From the NCBI RefSeq assembly GCF_009914755.1, contig NC_060948.1: a stretch of DNA of 64,000 nucleotides; one strand, 5' to 3'. The translations under genes and the position numbers were made by a program. Origin of the DNA: the human T2T-CHM13v2.0 reference genome, Homo sapiens. This document shows, piece by piece, positions 29,234 through 44,677 of this stretch (within the stretch, counting starts at the first letter, position 1; the number at the start of each line of letters is the position of its first letter). Under the pieces are notes generated by a model, which saw only the letters and a program-made list of their open reading frames with translations, had not been told where the DNA came from and made no database searches.

Positions 29234-30517
29234 TTATCTCATTCCATTTTTGATGGCACTAACCACCAGCATACCATGCTCCATCAGAACAGTCATCCTC
29301 CTGAGCTCTGTGAATGGCTCAGGATGCAAAAGTGAGAGAAAAATGTAGCCAAGTGAGGAGGCAGAGAGAAACTGCCTCCTGGTAACACAGTGTGTGCCCC
29401 TGGATCAAGCCATGCCTGAAGACAGTTTATTCTGAACTTTTACAATAAGTGCTCTTTTTGTTTAAATCATTTTGGATTGGGTTTTTGTTCACTTGTAAGC
29501 AAAAGCACACTATGATAAAAGGGGATACAAGACAAGTATCACAAATCCAGAAATGGGAAGGGCACAACCCCAGAGCCCAGGCCAGTCAGGGAAGTGAAGA
29601 AACAGACAGCATCTGAGATGCCTATGCCCAGTATCCAGGGGCTAGGTCCATGGTCTTTGAGCCTTAAGATGCAGGAGATCCCTGTGGGGAACTTCACAAC
29701 AGCATAGATTCCCACTCATTCCCACAGCCAATTCTCATCCTTAAGTCTGGAAGGGGAATGAGAGGTTTGGTTTTTAACCAATATCCAGGCAATTTGGAAG
29801 CAGATAACACAGAGAATACTTTGAGAAACACTTCCCTACACTCTGAGCTGGGAGTTAAAGGACAGGGTTCCAGTCTCTGCGGTGAGGCAGTGGCAAGAGC
29901 TCCATGGGCGGGAAGAATATTAGGCCAGAGCTTAGAACAGGACTGCAGAAGCAAGCATGGAATGGAAGCACATCTGATGATCTGTGACATACAACGAGCC
30001 TGCAGATCACAGGCAATGATTTTTGGAAACTCATCACACAGTAGTTTGAAGCAGCAGGAACGATTTGATCCAAAGTGCCATGAGAACACTTCCGAGTCTA
30101 CAAATGCTTTCATAGGTCAATCTAAGCTGTTCCTCCCAACCAACCTGTCTGGCAATTAGAAATTAGGAAATTAAAACTCAGAGTGTCTAAATAGCACACA
30201 CAAAGCCACACAGCTCACTGGTTCAGTAGCCTAGACCTGGGTCCCAGTCTGTCTGACACCAAACCCCACACTTTTCAAATAATTCTCCCTTCCACTGGGG
30301 GAAGGGCTGGGTCTCAGGAAAGGTCTAAGGGACACACAGTGTGGGGATCAGTGAGACCCTACTCAGCAGGCCCAGATGAGGGAAGGGGATGCTCCACCTG
30401 ACTGCGCAGGAAGGCAAGGCCATTTTAACTTTGCAGCATCTTCAACTCATCTGGCTCAAGAAATCCCAGCCCAGCTTGACGATGGAGAGTGGAGGAAGAC
30501 AGGGGCACCCTTGCAAG

Positions 30518-31584
<1,067 letters not shown>

Positions 31585-32419
31585 AGAGCAATGGAAATGA
31601 TTTTCTTTGATCACAGTGTCAGCTCCTGACATTGGTTTGCGCCCATCTGTGCTGTGGACTCTTCCCTCGGAATGAGAGAGGGAGATGGCTCCCAGTGTGG
31701 TTGGAAGTCACCCCGCCCCACAACAACACAGTGCAACAGGCCCCAGCTTCACGCCCATTTCAGTTCAGGACAAGTTTTTTGGAGCATCTACTCTGGGCCA
31801 GGCCCGTAGGATACTAAGATGAAATAGAGAGAGTTCCCGCCTTTGAAGGGTGGTGATTTACCAGTGGGGAGAAAGGAAGAGGCCCATGAAAAGTCGTGTC
31901 TGTAGAAGGTAAGAAGGGGCACAACCACCATGGCAGGGGAGTCACAAAGGAGAAGCATTCAGCCTGCCAAGAGGTCCCAGGAATTTCCTGGAGGATCAGT
32001 CCCCAAACTGACTGTGACAGGGAGCAATACCCAGGTAACAGCAGAGGCCCAGAATAAGAAAGAGTCTGTGAGTGGGCAGAATTCCCTCCAGGGCCATGAG
32101 GGGAGCTGACTTCTGATTAGGGCATTTCATCCTTCTCTGAAATGCAGCTGAGAACTGGTCAGCCTCACTCCCTTGCTGAGACCAATAGCAATCCCTGATG
32201 ATCTTGCCACAGGTCCAGCAGGTGCCCCATCCACACTTTGTCCCCAGCCCCTACCTGGAAGCTCCAAACACCTACCTGAGGGGCCAACTCTGATTCCCAA
32301 GGAGGTGACACCTCCTGCGCCTTGTTGATAGAACATTGATAAGGAAATAAGACTGAGTTTTAAGCTTCTTCCCATGTCAAATATTTAAAGGCAATATAAT
32401 GTTCATGTTTAAATAATAT

Positions 32420-32640
32420 TTCATGTGTAATTAAACAATCCCTTATTGTTAAATAGATGGGTTCCAATTTTGAACTGCTATAATCTGTGTATGTGTCCTT
32501 GATTAAATCCTTAAGAGAAATCCCTAGAAACATTATCTTAGGGTCAAATGGCTTGGATAGTCTGTAAACTGCTGATAATTATGGGAAATTGCCTTCCAAG
32601 AAGGTTATAACAATTTGCCTGATCCCCAGCAGCAACAGAC
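32420..32640 (-). mobile_element. Old L1 (L1ME-like) fragment
   Basis: gggtcaaatgg...aaattgccttccaagaaggttataacaattt...ccagcagc antisense L1 motif. Confidence 0.5.
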
Positions 32641-32769
32641 TTTACAAAGTACTCAGTATCTAATATTTAACTTTGATAAAGATAAGCTTCTCCCTTCTTT
32701 TTCACTTAAAATGCTGTGTCCCACCTCACTTTTCAGTGCCTCTTCACACTGACAAGACGGTTGGCTAAT

Positions 32770-32970
32770 ACTTCAGAGCTTGCAGAACATTTTCATACAC
32801 TTTTAATCCTCCTAACAACCGTGAGAGATGGAGCTTACTATTACCATCCTTGTTTGCAAATGAGGCCCTGAAAAGTTGAGTGATTTCTGTAAGGTCTCAG
32901 AGCCAATACACACTGGTAATGAAATAAAATGCAAGGCCCCTTATCTTTGGAGCCCAGTGTTCCTTCCACA
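32770..32970 (-). mobile_element. MIR
   Basis: ttaatcctcctaacaaccgtgag...tttgcaaatgagg. Confidence 0.6.
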
Positions 32971-33144
32971 TAGGTGGTTCTCCACCCAGGCTGCCCAGGA
33001 GAATGTGGAATCTCCAGCAGTTCTGACTTAACTGGCCTGGTGTGGATGTCTGTGATGGGTGAACATTCCCAGACCCTTTTAAGAACCTGATAGAAGTGGT
33101 GGACCCACTTCCCAGAAAGAGGGACGCACAACAAAATAATTGTC

Positions 33145-33602
33145 CTGAGTGGGTCTGACAGAATCAAGTGAACCCTTTAAATCTGGATCTAGAGGTCAGA
33201 GACTGAGAATGTCAGAGATGCAAAAGAGATTCAGTGCAAGAGAAATCCTCCTACTGGTTTTGAAGATAGATGTTGGCACCCTGTGTCAACAACCTGAGAG
33301 TGGCCTTGAGTTGCTGGGAGCACCCCAGACTGACAAACAGCAAGAAGAATATGGGGACCTCAGTCCTACAACCACAGGAGCTGAATTCTACTGACAACCA
33401 GTGAGCTTGCAAAGAGGACTTGGAGCCCCAGATGAGAAGCAACCCTGGCTACCCTGATCTCAACCCTATGAGATCCTAAACAGACAATCCAGCCATGCAA
33501 CACCCAAACTTCTGACCTATAGAAACCCTGAGATAATAAATGGGCATTGCTCTAAATCACCAAGTTTGTGGTAATTTGTTACACAGCCATAGGAAGTGAA
33601 TC
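33145..33602 (+). mobile_element. MLT1E-like LTR fragment
   Basis: ggggacctcagtcctacaaccacaggagctgaattct...gagataataaatggg...gtttgtggtaatttgttacacagc. Confidence 0.75.
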
Positions 33603-33746
33603 GACCTGATGTATCTGAGCACCTGCTAGGTTATCATTAAGATTACTCTTCAAAGGTAAAAATTATTTTTCAAAATGTTTCTGCCCTACCTTCCGTGAGC
33701 ATCTGGTGATGGATGGACACACACACGTAAAGGTAGACTGTGTTTA

Positions 33747-33948
33747 GGTGGGCATGGTGGTGCATGCCTCTGGTCCCAGCTACTCAGGAGGCTGAAAGAG
33801 GAGGATCACTAGGGCCCAGGAGTTCAAGGCTGTAGTGAAGCTGTGATTGAGCCATTGCACTCAAACTTGGGCAACAGAGCAAGACACCAGCTCTAAAAAA
33901 ATAAATAAATAAATAAATAAATAAAAACAAAAATAATAATAAAAAAAA
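33747..33948 (+). mobile_element. FRAM / AluJ right-arm monomer with (TAAA)n tail
   Basis: Right arm only. Confidence 0.85.
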
Positions 33949-35514
33949 CTGCTGAATGCTATAAATAAGATTGGAACTTGCTCTGCTTTTACAAGACCAC
34001 TGTTAGATGACCACTGACAAGAAGACTGTGAGCTGGTCTCTGTAGGAAGCAGGGGCCTGGGCAGCTCTGGGGGCAGAGGAGACAGGCCTGGGGCAGAGAC
34101 ACCTCAGGGCATTTTCAGAAGACAGCCAAAGCAGCCATTCCAGCTTGCCCAGGTAGATGGCAAGTCAATGGGACATGATTCCAGGAAGGTAGGGAAAGAT
34201 GGAATTCTGGAGAGCATTGGACCTCAGATTGGGAGTCTGAACGTCTTTCCATATGCATCAGGAAGCCATGGAAAATTCACAGACTGGAGTGACTTTGGCA
34301 AAGGTGGGATTTAGGAAGACAGATCAAGGCACGGGATAGACCCATGGATGAATAGCCTTCTGGTCAGTTTGTGCCTGTGGTTTTCTATGCTGAGGAGGTG
34401 GGAATGTGCTGGGTTAGTCAGCTGTGGATTTGTGTCCCTGCCTCACCTCACTCCCCACTGTCGTGGATTTGTCAGCTCATCTGTAGTGCGATCCCTGAAG
34501 AAACACTCAGCTCACTCAGCTTGTTTCTAACCCAAAACACTCTGCAGGGCCCATCCTCTCGTCTTTGCCTGGGGATGCCAGACCATGCACTGCGGATGCC
34601 TTCCACCTTAGCACTAGTGGGCTAAATGATGACTGCCTTGCTGTCCCAACACCACCCATCAAAGGGAAGACATCACCACTGGGGTCAGTACAGCCCAAGT
34701 GACAAACTCTATTCCCTCCTTTCTCTCCATCCCATGGACCCTTGATTTGCTAAGTGGGAAGACACTTTCTCATGGTTCAACATCACCTAATCTGCACAAT
34801 TGCTTCTGTAGGCTAACTCAGCCAGAAACCCTTGATATCTGGGCAAAAGTGCACATAACTTTTAAAAGGATTACTACTGCTTTTAATATTCCCTCTGTCT
34901 TAAGTCAGACCACCACCAAGGGCAGATCAGAGTTAATATTATATATCAAAGTCCTGCCATCAGCCTGTAGGATTTATTACTAACATCTGTCCACTTCAGA
35001 GCTATGGGAACCAATGGAATTGGATCTAAGGTTTTGAGTTGGCTCTTGTGCATGGAAATTTGATGCAAACACTCTAATTTATTGGCCCTAAAGGGCTTTG
35101 GCAAGTCATTTTGGCAAGTCACCCACTGAACACAGAGTGAAATTTGCAGAGGTTTCCCCTCTGCTCGAACAGTGGTGTTCTCAGCACGTACAGGGAAGTT
35201 CTGACCCCTTCCAGCCAGGTGAGCTAGGGGATTTTGCCTACCCTTTCTGAACCTCAGTTTTCTCATCCATAAGATGGGAATAAAAACATGGTCCTGGATA
35301 CATGTCTCATGCTAGGCACTGAGGCAGGGTACTCTCTCCCCTGAATGCCTTGCTATTGACGCATCACCAGTAAGGCATGCATTCATTGCACAGAAACTTA
35401 GGCATATGCCTACCAACATGCCCGATGTTGTGTGAGGCCTGACCCCTGTGAGGATGGACTTCCATCTGTGTGAATGGATTCATGAGACCAGCCCTCACTC
35501 TCAGGACTGAGGGC

Positions 35515-35692
35515 ATTGGTGCTCTAACTTGTCTGAATATGGAATCAGCTGGAGAGATTCTGTAAATTACCAGTCCCATTCCCCCCCTGAGATGCTGATT
35601 TCATCGGTCTGATTTCATTGCAGCCTGGTCGTTGGGATGTTTAAAACTCTCCCTAGGAATTCCAATGTGCAGCCAAGTTTGCAACTACACGG
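35515..35692. mobile_element. MER5A-like hAT fragment
   Basis: ctgagatgctgatttcatcggtctg...aattccaatgtgcagccaagtttg. Confidence 0.6.
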
Positions 35693-36879
35693 AGCCAGGT
35701 TAGTGGTGCGGTCAGCATGGTGATAATTGGGCTCATGAACCCATGACCTCAGCTTCATCAGGAGACCCACTGTAAGTACTGGCCCAACAGGAGGGAAAGG
35801 AGCTGAGTCAGATGATACCACTGAGGGGCATGAGCAAATGAAAAAACAGGAACCCAGCCATGAAGCTCGGCCTGAGTGTTGGAGATGCCACTATAGAGAC
35901 CCTGGTCTTAGCAATCCAGAATTTTCCCCAGTAGAAGGGAGAAGCAAAGATTATCCTGGCCGGGACTGTGTAAGGCCTTTGAAGGTTGACCATCCACCTC
36001 ACCCTGCTGTTTCCCTCCTTCCCTGCAGAACAGCCATTCACCTGAATGTTCCAGGCTTTTGGTTAACAACCCCTGGTCTTTTATACCCATTCACACTCAA
36101 AATCAGGGGGAATTCCTTGAAATGGTTAAAATGCAAAAGTGAAATTTAGAAGCCCTACGAATGAACTAACAATCCAACAAAAAATTCCCAACACTTTAAG
36201 CAAATGCTTTTCAGGCAGAGCCTTCAAATTGCTACTGTCCCACTATCTTCTGGAATCGTGTGTGTGTGTGTATGTGTTTGTATGTGTGTGTAGAGGAACA
36301 GGTGAAGCAGCAACCATAAGATAGCCTACTTCAGGTCTGGCACCTGTTTTCACTGCTGTCATGCCCTCTTCACTGAGATCCTGACTTAAATATGTACACA
36401 TGTGAATGCTGATTTCTTAGCATGAATTTTAACTCAGCTTCTGCTCGAGCATCAATGATTCCCAATTCCCATCAGAGTGAATGGCCCCTTCCTGGTCTCT
36501 ACAGTCAGTCCTCTGAAGCTGCTCAGCTGCACCCCTGGGAGCTGAGGGGCCAACTCTGACTCCCAAGAAGGTGACCTCTGTCTGCCTTCCAGGGCCAGAG
36601 ATGCAACATCACACACACACACTGCCTTTGGAACGTATGATTAAGCTTTTGCCAGTAGCCTGACAGCTTCCAGCAGCTTTGTCTGACACTGTGTCTGCTT
36701 CTCTGTGCCAAAGTCACTGAAACAAAGGGACTGCAGATGTTGCTGTGAAGTCCTTCCAATTCTCTAGGACAGAGGAAAGCACTACATTGGGTGGGGGGTG
36801 GAGTGGGGATGATGGACTGTGGGAAACCGGCATGATGGGCATGAAACAATAAAAATGAAGCTGATTTTCTTCATACCAC

Positions 36880-37020
36880 TTGCTGCCATAGAGATACATT
36901 TGTTTCTGTGTCCCTCTCACTGGAATGTAAACTCCCTGAAAGCAAGGACTTGGCTTATTGCTGTATCCCAAGAGCCTGACACAGTGCCTGGCACATGGTA
37001 GACACTCAATAGATGTTTGA
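36880..37020 (+). mobile_element. L2 3' end
   Basis: ctggaatgtaaactccctgaaagcaagg...acagtgcctggcacatggtagacactcaatagatgtttg. Confidence 0.8.
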
Positions 37021-37131
37021 GATAGGGAGGAAGGGAGAGAGAGAGGGAGGGAGGCAGAAAGGGAGGGAGGCAGAAAGGGAGGGAAAGAAGGAGCAAGGAA
37101 GGAAGGAAGGGAGGGAGAGAGGGGTGGAGGG
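37021..37131. repeat. GA-rich polypurine low-complexity tract
   Basis: Directly visible (GGGA/GGAA repeats). Confidence 0.9.
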
Positions 37132-38184
37132 ACATAGACTGTGGAGTTGGATAGACTTGGCTTTAATCCTTTCTGTAGCAATTCTAGCTGTGTAAAAATA
37201 CACGAGTGAGTCATTTATTTTCTTTGAGTCTCTTTCTTCATCATAGTACCAATTAACAGGGCTGAGGTAGAGAGTGATACATGTAAGGTTGCTAGCACTA
37301 TTGGCAATCAAAACATGAGAGCTACTTATTTACATTGTGAGTATTGCTACTACTGATATTATCAGTTCTGGACATTACTAATGATGTGAGCACTGGTCTT
37401 TCATCAGAGATTACTGGATAAGGAACATTTACCGTCTTGTCTCTGCTCATTGTGCTAAAGTTCCTTCTTTATCCAACAACACTTTCTCCTGTTTTCCCAA
37501 TTTAGTGAAAGGATTAATCTTTTCACTCTCATTCTTCCTGTTTTGTTTCCCATAATATGGGTCCCATCCTTCCTCATGAGATGGGTATCTCAGCAATTGA
37601 GCCCACCCCACCCACATATTTGACCCTGATCCAAGACCCTCATTTCTGGGAATGAACCCCAGATCAGCCATGATAGAGGATAGCCTGGTTTTATCTTGCT
37701 TCTGAGCAGGATCCAACAATTCTCATAAAATTCTCCCCAGCCTGTTCAGTGGAATTGTCAAAGCATCATTTTCAAAAAGTGTAAACATGATTCTTATATA
37801 AGTCTATAGGGAGTGTGTATAAAGATCTGTTTACTTCACAAAAGAAGGAACCAGAGGATGGTAAAGCTGTTTGAAAAGAGAATTGGAAGGAGAAAGATTT
37901 GGATAGACCATCAGAAACAGCATGCTGACATAAGTTTGCTAATTTGGAAACCTCACTCATTAATGTCCTGTAGAGTAATAAAATCTTTTTACAGGACAAA
38001 AATCATTTGTATCTCTACCAGACAAAAATTAACAGGTAACTTGGCAGAGTCTGGGCCCTAATCAATAGTAAATAGTAAGTCAAACAAAAGTACCTTCCCT
38101 TAGAGAGTTAAAAAAATCTTTGGTGGTTTGTTAGGCAACCTTCCAGTATGGCATTAGAAAGACGTGCAGTCATCCTATTTTTAA

Positions 38185-38494
<310 letters not shown>

Positions 38495-39000
38495 AAGTTC
38501 AGGAGACATTTTTAAAACAAAATTGGTCTCTCTCAGCGTGGTGGATGTCCCTGCAGAATTTAAAAATTCTATTATGTTCTAGATGTCTGATGCTGTCAAT
38601 TCTCAATGGCCAGAAGAGGGCATCTGCCCAGATCAGTTCAGGTGTCTATCCCTGGTCAATCGCCTGTGCCCAGGGCAGCATATCAGGTACACAGGACTGT
38701 TTCTTCCCTGCTATTGGTAGAAGAGCTTTTCTAAGAAGGGGATAGGCTGGAATGGAAGAAAAGAGTCCAAAGAGGAAGGAACCACAACAGAAAGAGAATT
38801 GCTTTCCTTTCAGTTGTGGGAGCACCAGCTTAATGCCTCTTTTCCACATTTGCCCAGCAGAGGAAATGTTTGGGCCGAATGACAGAAAACCTAGGGTAGC
38901 CTCTTTGGTGCCTCCTGACAATCACAGAAGCAGGCTGGGATCCTACCCAGGTATGGCAGAGCAAGTGAGCCCACCTAGGTGGGAATCCTTACCCTCCTAA

Positions 39001-39408
<408 letters not shown>

Positions 39409-40237
39409 GGGGATTTCTAAGTCCACTTGGCTCTCTCCCCTCTGGGCCTCAATGGGCAGCATTTTATCTGTAGCCTTTTTATCTTATAATAGTTTAACTA
39501 ATGGATCTATTTTGAGTAAGGGATATGTACAAATTCTTTTGTGATTCCAGGAGGAGATGAGAAGAACAAAGTGCAATTATAAAAATATCACTGTCACCAT
39601 TATCTCCAATCAGCACATCATTCACAGTGACAGTTCTAAGAGCTTTATATGGGAAAAGTGTAATCTATTGCAAATAGAGGGCCATCATTACTACTCTTAG
39701 GCTCCCTTTAGGATTAGGGATGCAGGTTATCATCTAGGTCCTGCGGTCTCCTGGAGAGAGCAGGGAGCACCATCTCCATTAGTCGAAAGAAAGAAACGTA
39801 AATGTTATGAGATGAGACTAGGGCAATGATTCCCTGTTCTTGAGACAACCAGTCGATTCGGTGTTGAAGAAAAACTCAGTAAGCTTTGATGCCTTGCTCT
39901 TAACCTACAAACTTGGTAGAGCCACAGAAAGAACATGGAGCAAAATGAAGACATGGTTTAGTTCCTCTAAGGATCCTTTCATACTTAGGCATTGCTTAAT
40001 CCAGTTGACTGATTTTTCAAAGAATCTTGCCATATCTGATTTGAAAGCACACAAAGTAGGTGGCTACTTCACGCCTCATCTCTTGGCTCTAGGATCATAT
40101 TGGGATCAGGCTTTGGGATCAGGTTCTTTGCAGATCAGAAATGGCATAGGGGAGTGTACCAGGAATCAGACAAACCTAAGCACACATCCAGATTCTGCCA
40201 TTTTTTTTTTAGCTGTGTGGGAAAATCTCTTTGCTAC

Positions 40238-40529
40238 TGACATGGTTTGGCTCTGTGTCCCCACCCAAATCTCACGTTGAATTGTAATCCCCAGTGTTGG
40301 ATGTGGTTTCTAATGGTTTAGCACCATCCCCCAGTGCTTTCTCATCATAGAGTGCTCATGAGATCTGGTTGTTTAAAAGTGTACAGCATTCCCGCTTTAG
40401 CTCTCTTCCTCCTTCTCCAGCCAAGTAAGACATGCCTCCTTCCCCTTCACCTTCTGCCATGATTGTGTTTCCTGAGGCCTGCCAAGCCATGCTTCCTGTA
40501 TGGCCTGTGGAACTGAGAGTCAATTAAAC

Positions 40530-40602
<73 letters not shown>

Positions 40603-40758
40603 TTTTGTTGAGATGGAGTCTCGCTCTGTCACTCAGGCTGGAGTGCAGTGGTGTGATCTTGGCTCACTGCAACCTCCACTTCCAGGATTCAAGCAATCCT
40701 CCTGCCTCAGCCTTCTGAGTAGCTAGGATTACAGGTGTGTGCCACCACACCCAACTAA

Positions 40759-40795
<37 letters not shown>

Positions 40796-40977
40796 AGTAA
40801 ACACGGGGTTTCACCATGTTGTCCAGGCTGGTGTCTAATTCCAGACCTCGTGGTCTGCCCACCTCAGCCTCCTAAAGTGCTAGGATTATAGGCATGAGCC
40901 ACCACACCCAGCCCACCTCTTTTCTTTATAAGTTACCCGGTTTCAGGTAGTTCTTCATAGCAATGCAGACTAATACA
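40238..40977 (+). mobile_element. MSTA-like MaLR LTR, interrupted by an Alu
   Basis: tgacatggtttggctctgtgtccccacccaaatctc...gactaataca; TSD gctac/actac. Confidence 0.88.
40531..40913 (-). mobile_element. AluS with (TTTC)n tail and (TG)n linker
   Basis: Reverse dimer with two microsatellite expansions. Confidence 0.9.
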
Positions 40978-43957
40978 ACTACTTTGAGTCTCACCTTTCC
41001 TTATTTGGAAAAATATTTCCATTGAAGTGTTATGGTGAAGATTCAATACAATTAAATGATATAACATATGTAAAGGGCTTAGCAATAATCCAATGGCTAA
41101 TAAGCAGCCAAGGAGTGGTAGCTCTCAGTATAGTCAGCCTCTAAGAAGAGAGCAAATGTTTATTTTCAAGAAGAATTATGCAGAAAGGGCCACTTTCAGT
41201 CTACCATCCCCCCAAATTCCTTGAAGGAAGGATGATGTGAGCAGCAAGGGAAGAAAGGGGAGTGGGTATGATATACTATAGAACCTGCAAGGAATGAAGT
41301 CCCTCTGTCTGTGTGTGCCTATATCAATAATTTAAACTTACACATTCATGAGATGCACTGTGTTTATTAGGGTGTACATGTGTCCCTAAGAATCTGAGAG
41401 TTCCTGAGAGACAGAGATGGTGTCTTACTCATCTGCTCTCCCCAGGTCCTGGCTTACTACCTGGCACTTATTGGGTAATAAATGTCTGTTGAATGCATGG
41501 AAAAAGGAAGGTAGGAAAGGTATGAAGGAGAAGATGGAGGTCACGACCAGTAGAAATCTCAGCTGTTCTGCCTGGGCTCCATGTCATCTCCCAGCTATTA
41601 GGCCCATTAGAATGTAAGCACAAATGCCTAGAGAATGACTAGCTTCTTTGGGACTCTGCTGACTAGACATGACATAAGACTGGACGGCTCCTGGGGAACT
41701 TCCAAGAGCTGGCTCCAGGCAGTGACTAATCCTAGCAGCTGCTGGCTTGGATGCCTCTCTCCCTTCCTTATTTCCAAGATTGGTCACCTCCTGCTCTGAA
41801 ATAGCAATTGATTTTCAGACATGAGTTGATAGAGCCATGATTTTCTAATACTGTTCCAAAGGGGCTAAAGTACCTCTGAGGAGCAGTGCAGGCTAGGATC
41901 AAACTCTCCCTACCTTCCACTCCACTCCCTACCTTGCCCCTCCACCTCTGCCCACTTTCTATTTCCTCAGGCACAGCAGCTTCTACCTTATGGATTACAA
42001 ATTCTGGTCATCCATCTATGGTTGCATTAAGAAAAGAGTACTGCTACTTTCATTTTCTTTTCTAACCACTGCCCTAGAAGAATAACACCTCACATTCTCT
42101 GGTAGACTGAAGCCTGCAGCTGCAAGGATGCTCAGAAAACCAGACTTCTATTCATTGGCCACTTGCTGCACTTTCTGTCCCTCGATCCTTGCAACGTACC
42201 TTTGAGGTAGGCATAAAAATCCCCATTTACAAGTGAGAAAACCAAGGCAAAAGAGGTTCAGTTTATTTCAGGCTCAAATGTGCTTCCAATAGCTTATAGC
42301 CTCTACAGCTAGTGTTTGAACCCAGGTCTGAAACAAATAGGATTGACAAGGGGAGGGAAAAGAGGAACAGAAATTCTTTTTCTATAAGACAATTGTTTAT
42401 GCAGCCAGGATTTCTTAAAGTCCAGTTTGTGCCTAGGACATAATCTTTGAATTTGCTTTGTTTCTCGATGAATAACTTGGAAGCTATTCAAATAACTTGG
42501 AAGCTTCCTTTAAAAGGAACATCAGGAGGTGATTTTTGACTAACTCTAGGTGTACTTTCTGAGCCAAATAGATTTTTAAATAAGAAAATGAGAGGACGTG
42601 AGCTTGAGGAAAATGATAGGCATTCCAACCTCACCTGCTTGCTGACGACCTCCACGAGATTTCAACAATGATTTCAAATATTACACTTTTTAAGTCAGTG
42701 TGACTTAAGTATGAAATTGCCTCTCCCTAAAGCTCCCCTAAGGCCTAAACAGTCATCATTACCATAGCTGTGACAGGGAGGCTGTTGAATTTATAATCTA
42801 TTGGCCATTCACAGCATAGCGTATAAACCTAGCTCATGATTTCTTTGCAATAGAAGTGCACTTTTTCATCATATTCCCTTCAAAACTTACTCACCATATC
42901 AGACTTTGAGCTCTCCTCCTGGCTTAGCCTGGATCATTTGAAATTGTCATCCATCCTTTGGCCTCAATACCTAAACTAAGGTCTATGAACAATAAGATGA
43001 TTTTCTTCAGTGGGACTTTTTTGTTTCATATAATATTAGATATTTCCCCTGATACAGGGCTCAATCTTTTTCTTTTTAAAGCAATATTTCTCAAAGTACT
43101 TTTCACAGAACTTAAGTTTCATTAAGCACTTCACTAAAAGAAAAGTCTGTGATCTAATAAATTTGGAAAATATTGAGAATTAGAGCCCCCATTAGATATG
43201 TACCGTAGCTACTCAGCTTGCTACAGATGAAGTAAACATTGTAATATTCACCCAGCTTTTGAGTGATGTCTATTAACGTCACCCAAATGAGTATTCCATG
43301 GAATGCACTTTGCAAAAACCTATTATTCAAGAAACTTCTGGAGCATGAAAGCTATTAACGATAAATCCATTCACAAAATCACACCAAATATCTAAAATCA
43401 TGTTTAAAATCTCCTAGAAATGGGTTGAACTGCCCACTTCAGAGACAAAGTGATTCTTTTGTAATAACGAGTTTTGTTTAGTGAGTACTTATTATCTCAT
43501 TGAATCCTGAGGACTACCTCACAAGGTAAGTATAGCTCTTTTCATTACACATGACAAACAAGACTCAGAGAGGTTAAGTAACTTGCTCAAGATCACAAAA
43601 CTGCAGAGTGACAAACCTAGAATTTTAAATCTAAGCTCAAAGGGTCACCAAACCAAATTTGGGTCCACCCACCCAGCCTATCAAAGTCAAGCACTGATAT
43701 CAGCATTGCTGAGACAGAAGTTGAGGAATTTATTGCAGGCAGCAAGCAAGGAGTATCAGGCAGCTAATCCTTAAGGCCTAATCTCCCTGATGGCTTATGT
43801 GTAAGGGTTTTTAAAGGGGGGAAGGCAGAGGTTGCAGGCAAGGTCATACAATACATGGAGGCTACATATTGGTTTGGCCAAAAAAGGCAAAATATCTCGA
43901 AGTGAGGGCCCACAGGATAGGTGATCATTAGATGAATTAAAAGATTTTCTGATTTGA

Positions 43958-44255
43958 GACCAGGTGCAGTGGTTCACACCTGTAATCTCAGCACTTTGGG
44001 AGGCCAAGGTGGGTGGATAACTTGAGGCCAGGAGTTTGAGACCAGCCAGACCAACATGGCAAAACACCATCTCTACTAAAAATACAAAAATTATCTGGGT
44101 GTGGTGGTGTGCACCTGTAATCCTAGCTACTCAGGAGGCTGAAGCATGAGAATCGTTTGAACCTGGGAGACAGAGGGTTCAGTGAGCTGAGATCATGCCA
44201 CTGCACTCCAGCCTGGGCAGCAGAGTGAGACTCTGTCTCAAACAAACAAACAAAA
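43958..44255 (+). mobile_element. AluSz/Sx-like
   Basis: Dimer; TSD aaagattttctgatttg. Confidence 0.92.
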
Positions 44256-44560
44256 ACCCAAAGATTTTCTGATTTGTGATTGGTTAAGTTTTGGCTACAA
44301 ACTTGGGGTCAGCAGAAAGGAATGTTCTGCTCTGGCCTGTGGGTGTGACTTCCTCCAGGTCCCTCAGGAAGAAATTTAGAACAAAGAACAGTTGTGAGAG
44401 TTCAGTCTTCAGTTCCTCCTTATCTGAGATCTATGAGTCAAGAGGTGGTATTTTCCATTTAGCGGGGTCTGGATTTCTACAAAACAACTCAGGGACATAT
44501 GTTAAGATGTTATCTCTAGTTTCTATAGGGAAACAAATATTTTGTGGCTCTACTTTTCTT

Positions 44561-44677
44561 TTTTTTTAATTTAACTTTAAGTTTTAGGGTACATGTGCAC
44601 AACGTGCAGGTCTGTTACGTATGTATACATGTACCATGTTGGTGTGCTGCACCCATTAACTCATCATTTAAGATTAG
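44561..44677 (-). mobile_element. Extremely 5'-truncated L1PA 3' end
   Basis: ttttagggtacatgtgcacaacgtgcagg...gctgcacccattaactc; 20-bp TSD tttgtggctcta(c/a)ttttctt. Confidence 0.92.

Noticed and set aside
29694-30159. Overlapping 139-aa and 133-aa ORFs on opposite strands
   Set aside because: No recognisable domain, no codon-like bias or splice context; lengths are compatible with random ORFs.
36714-37214. 166-aa Pro/Ser/Leu-rich ORF
   Set aside because: Produced by the GA-rich low-complexity tract and an L2 fragment.
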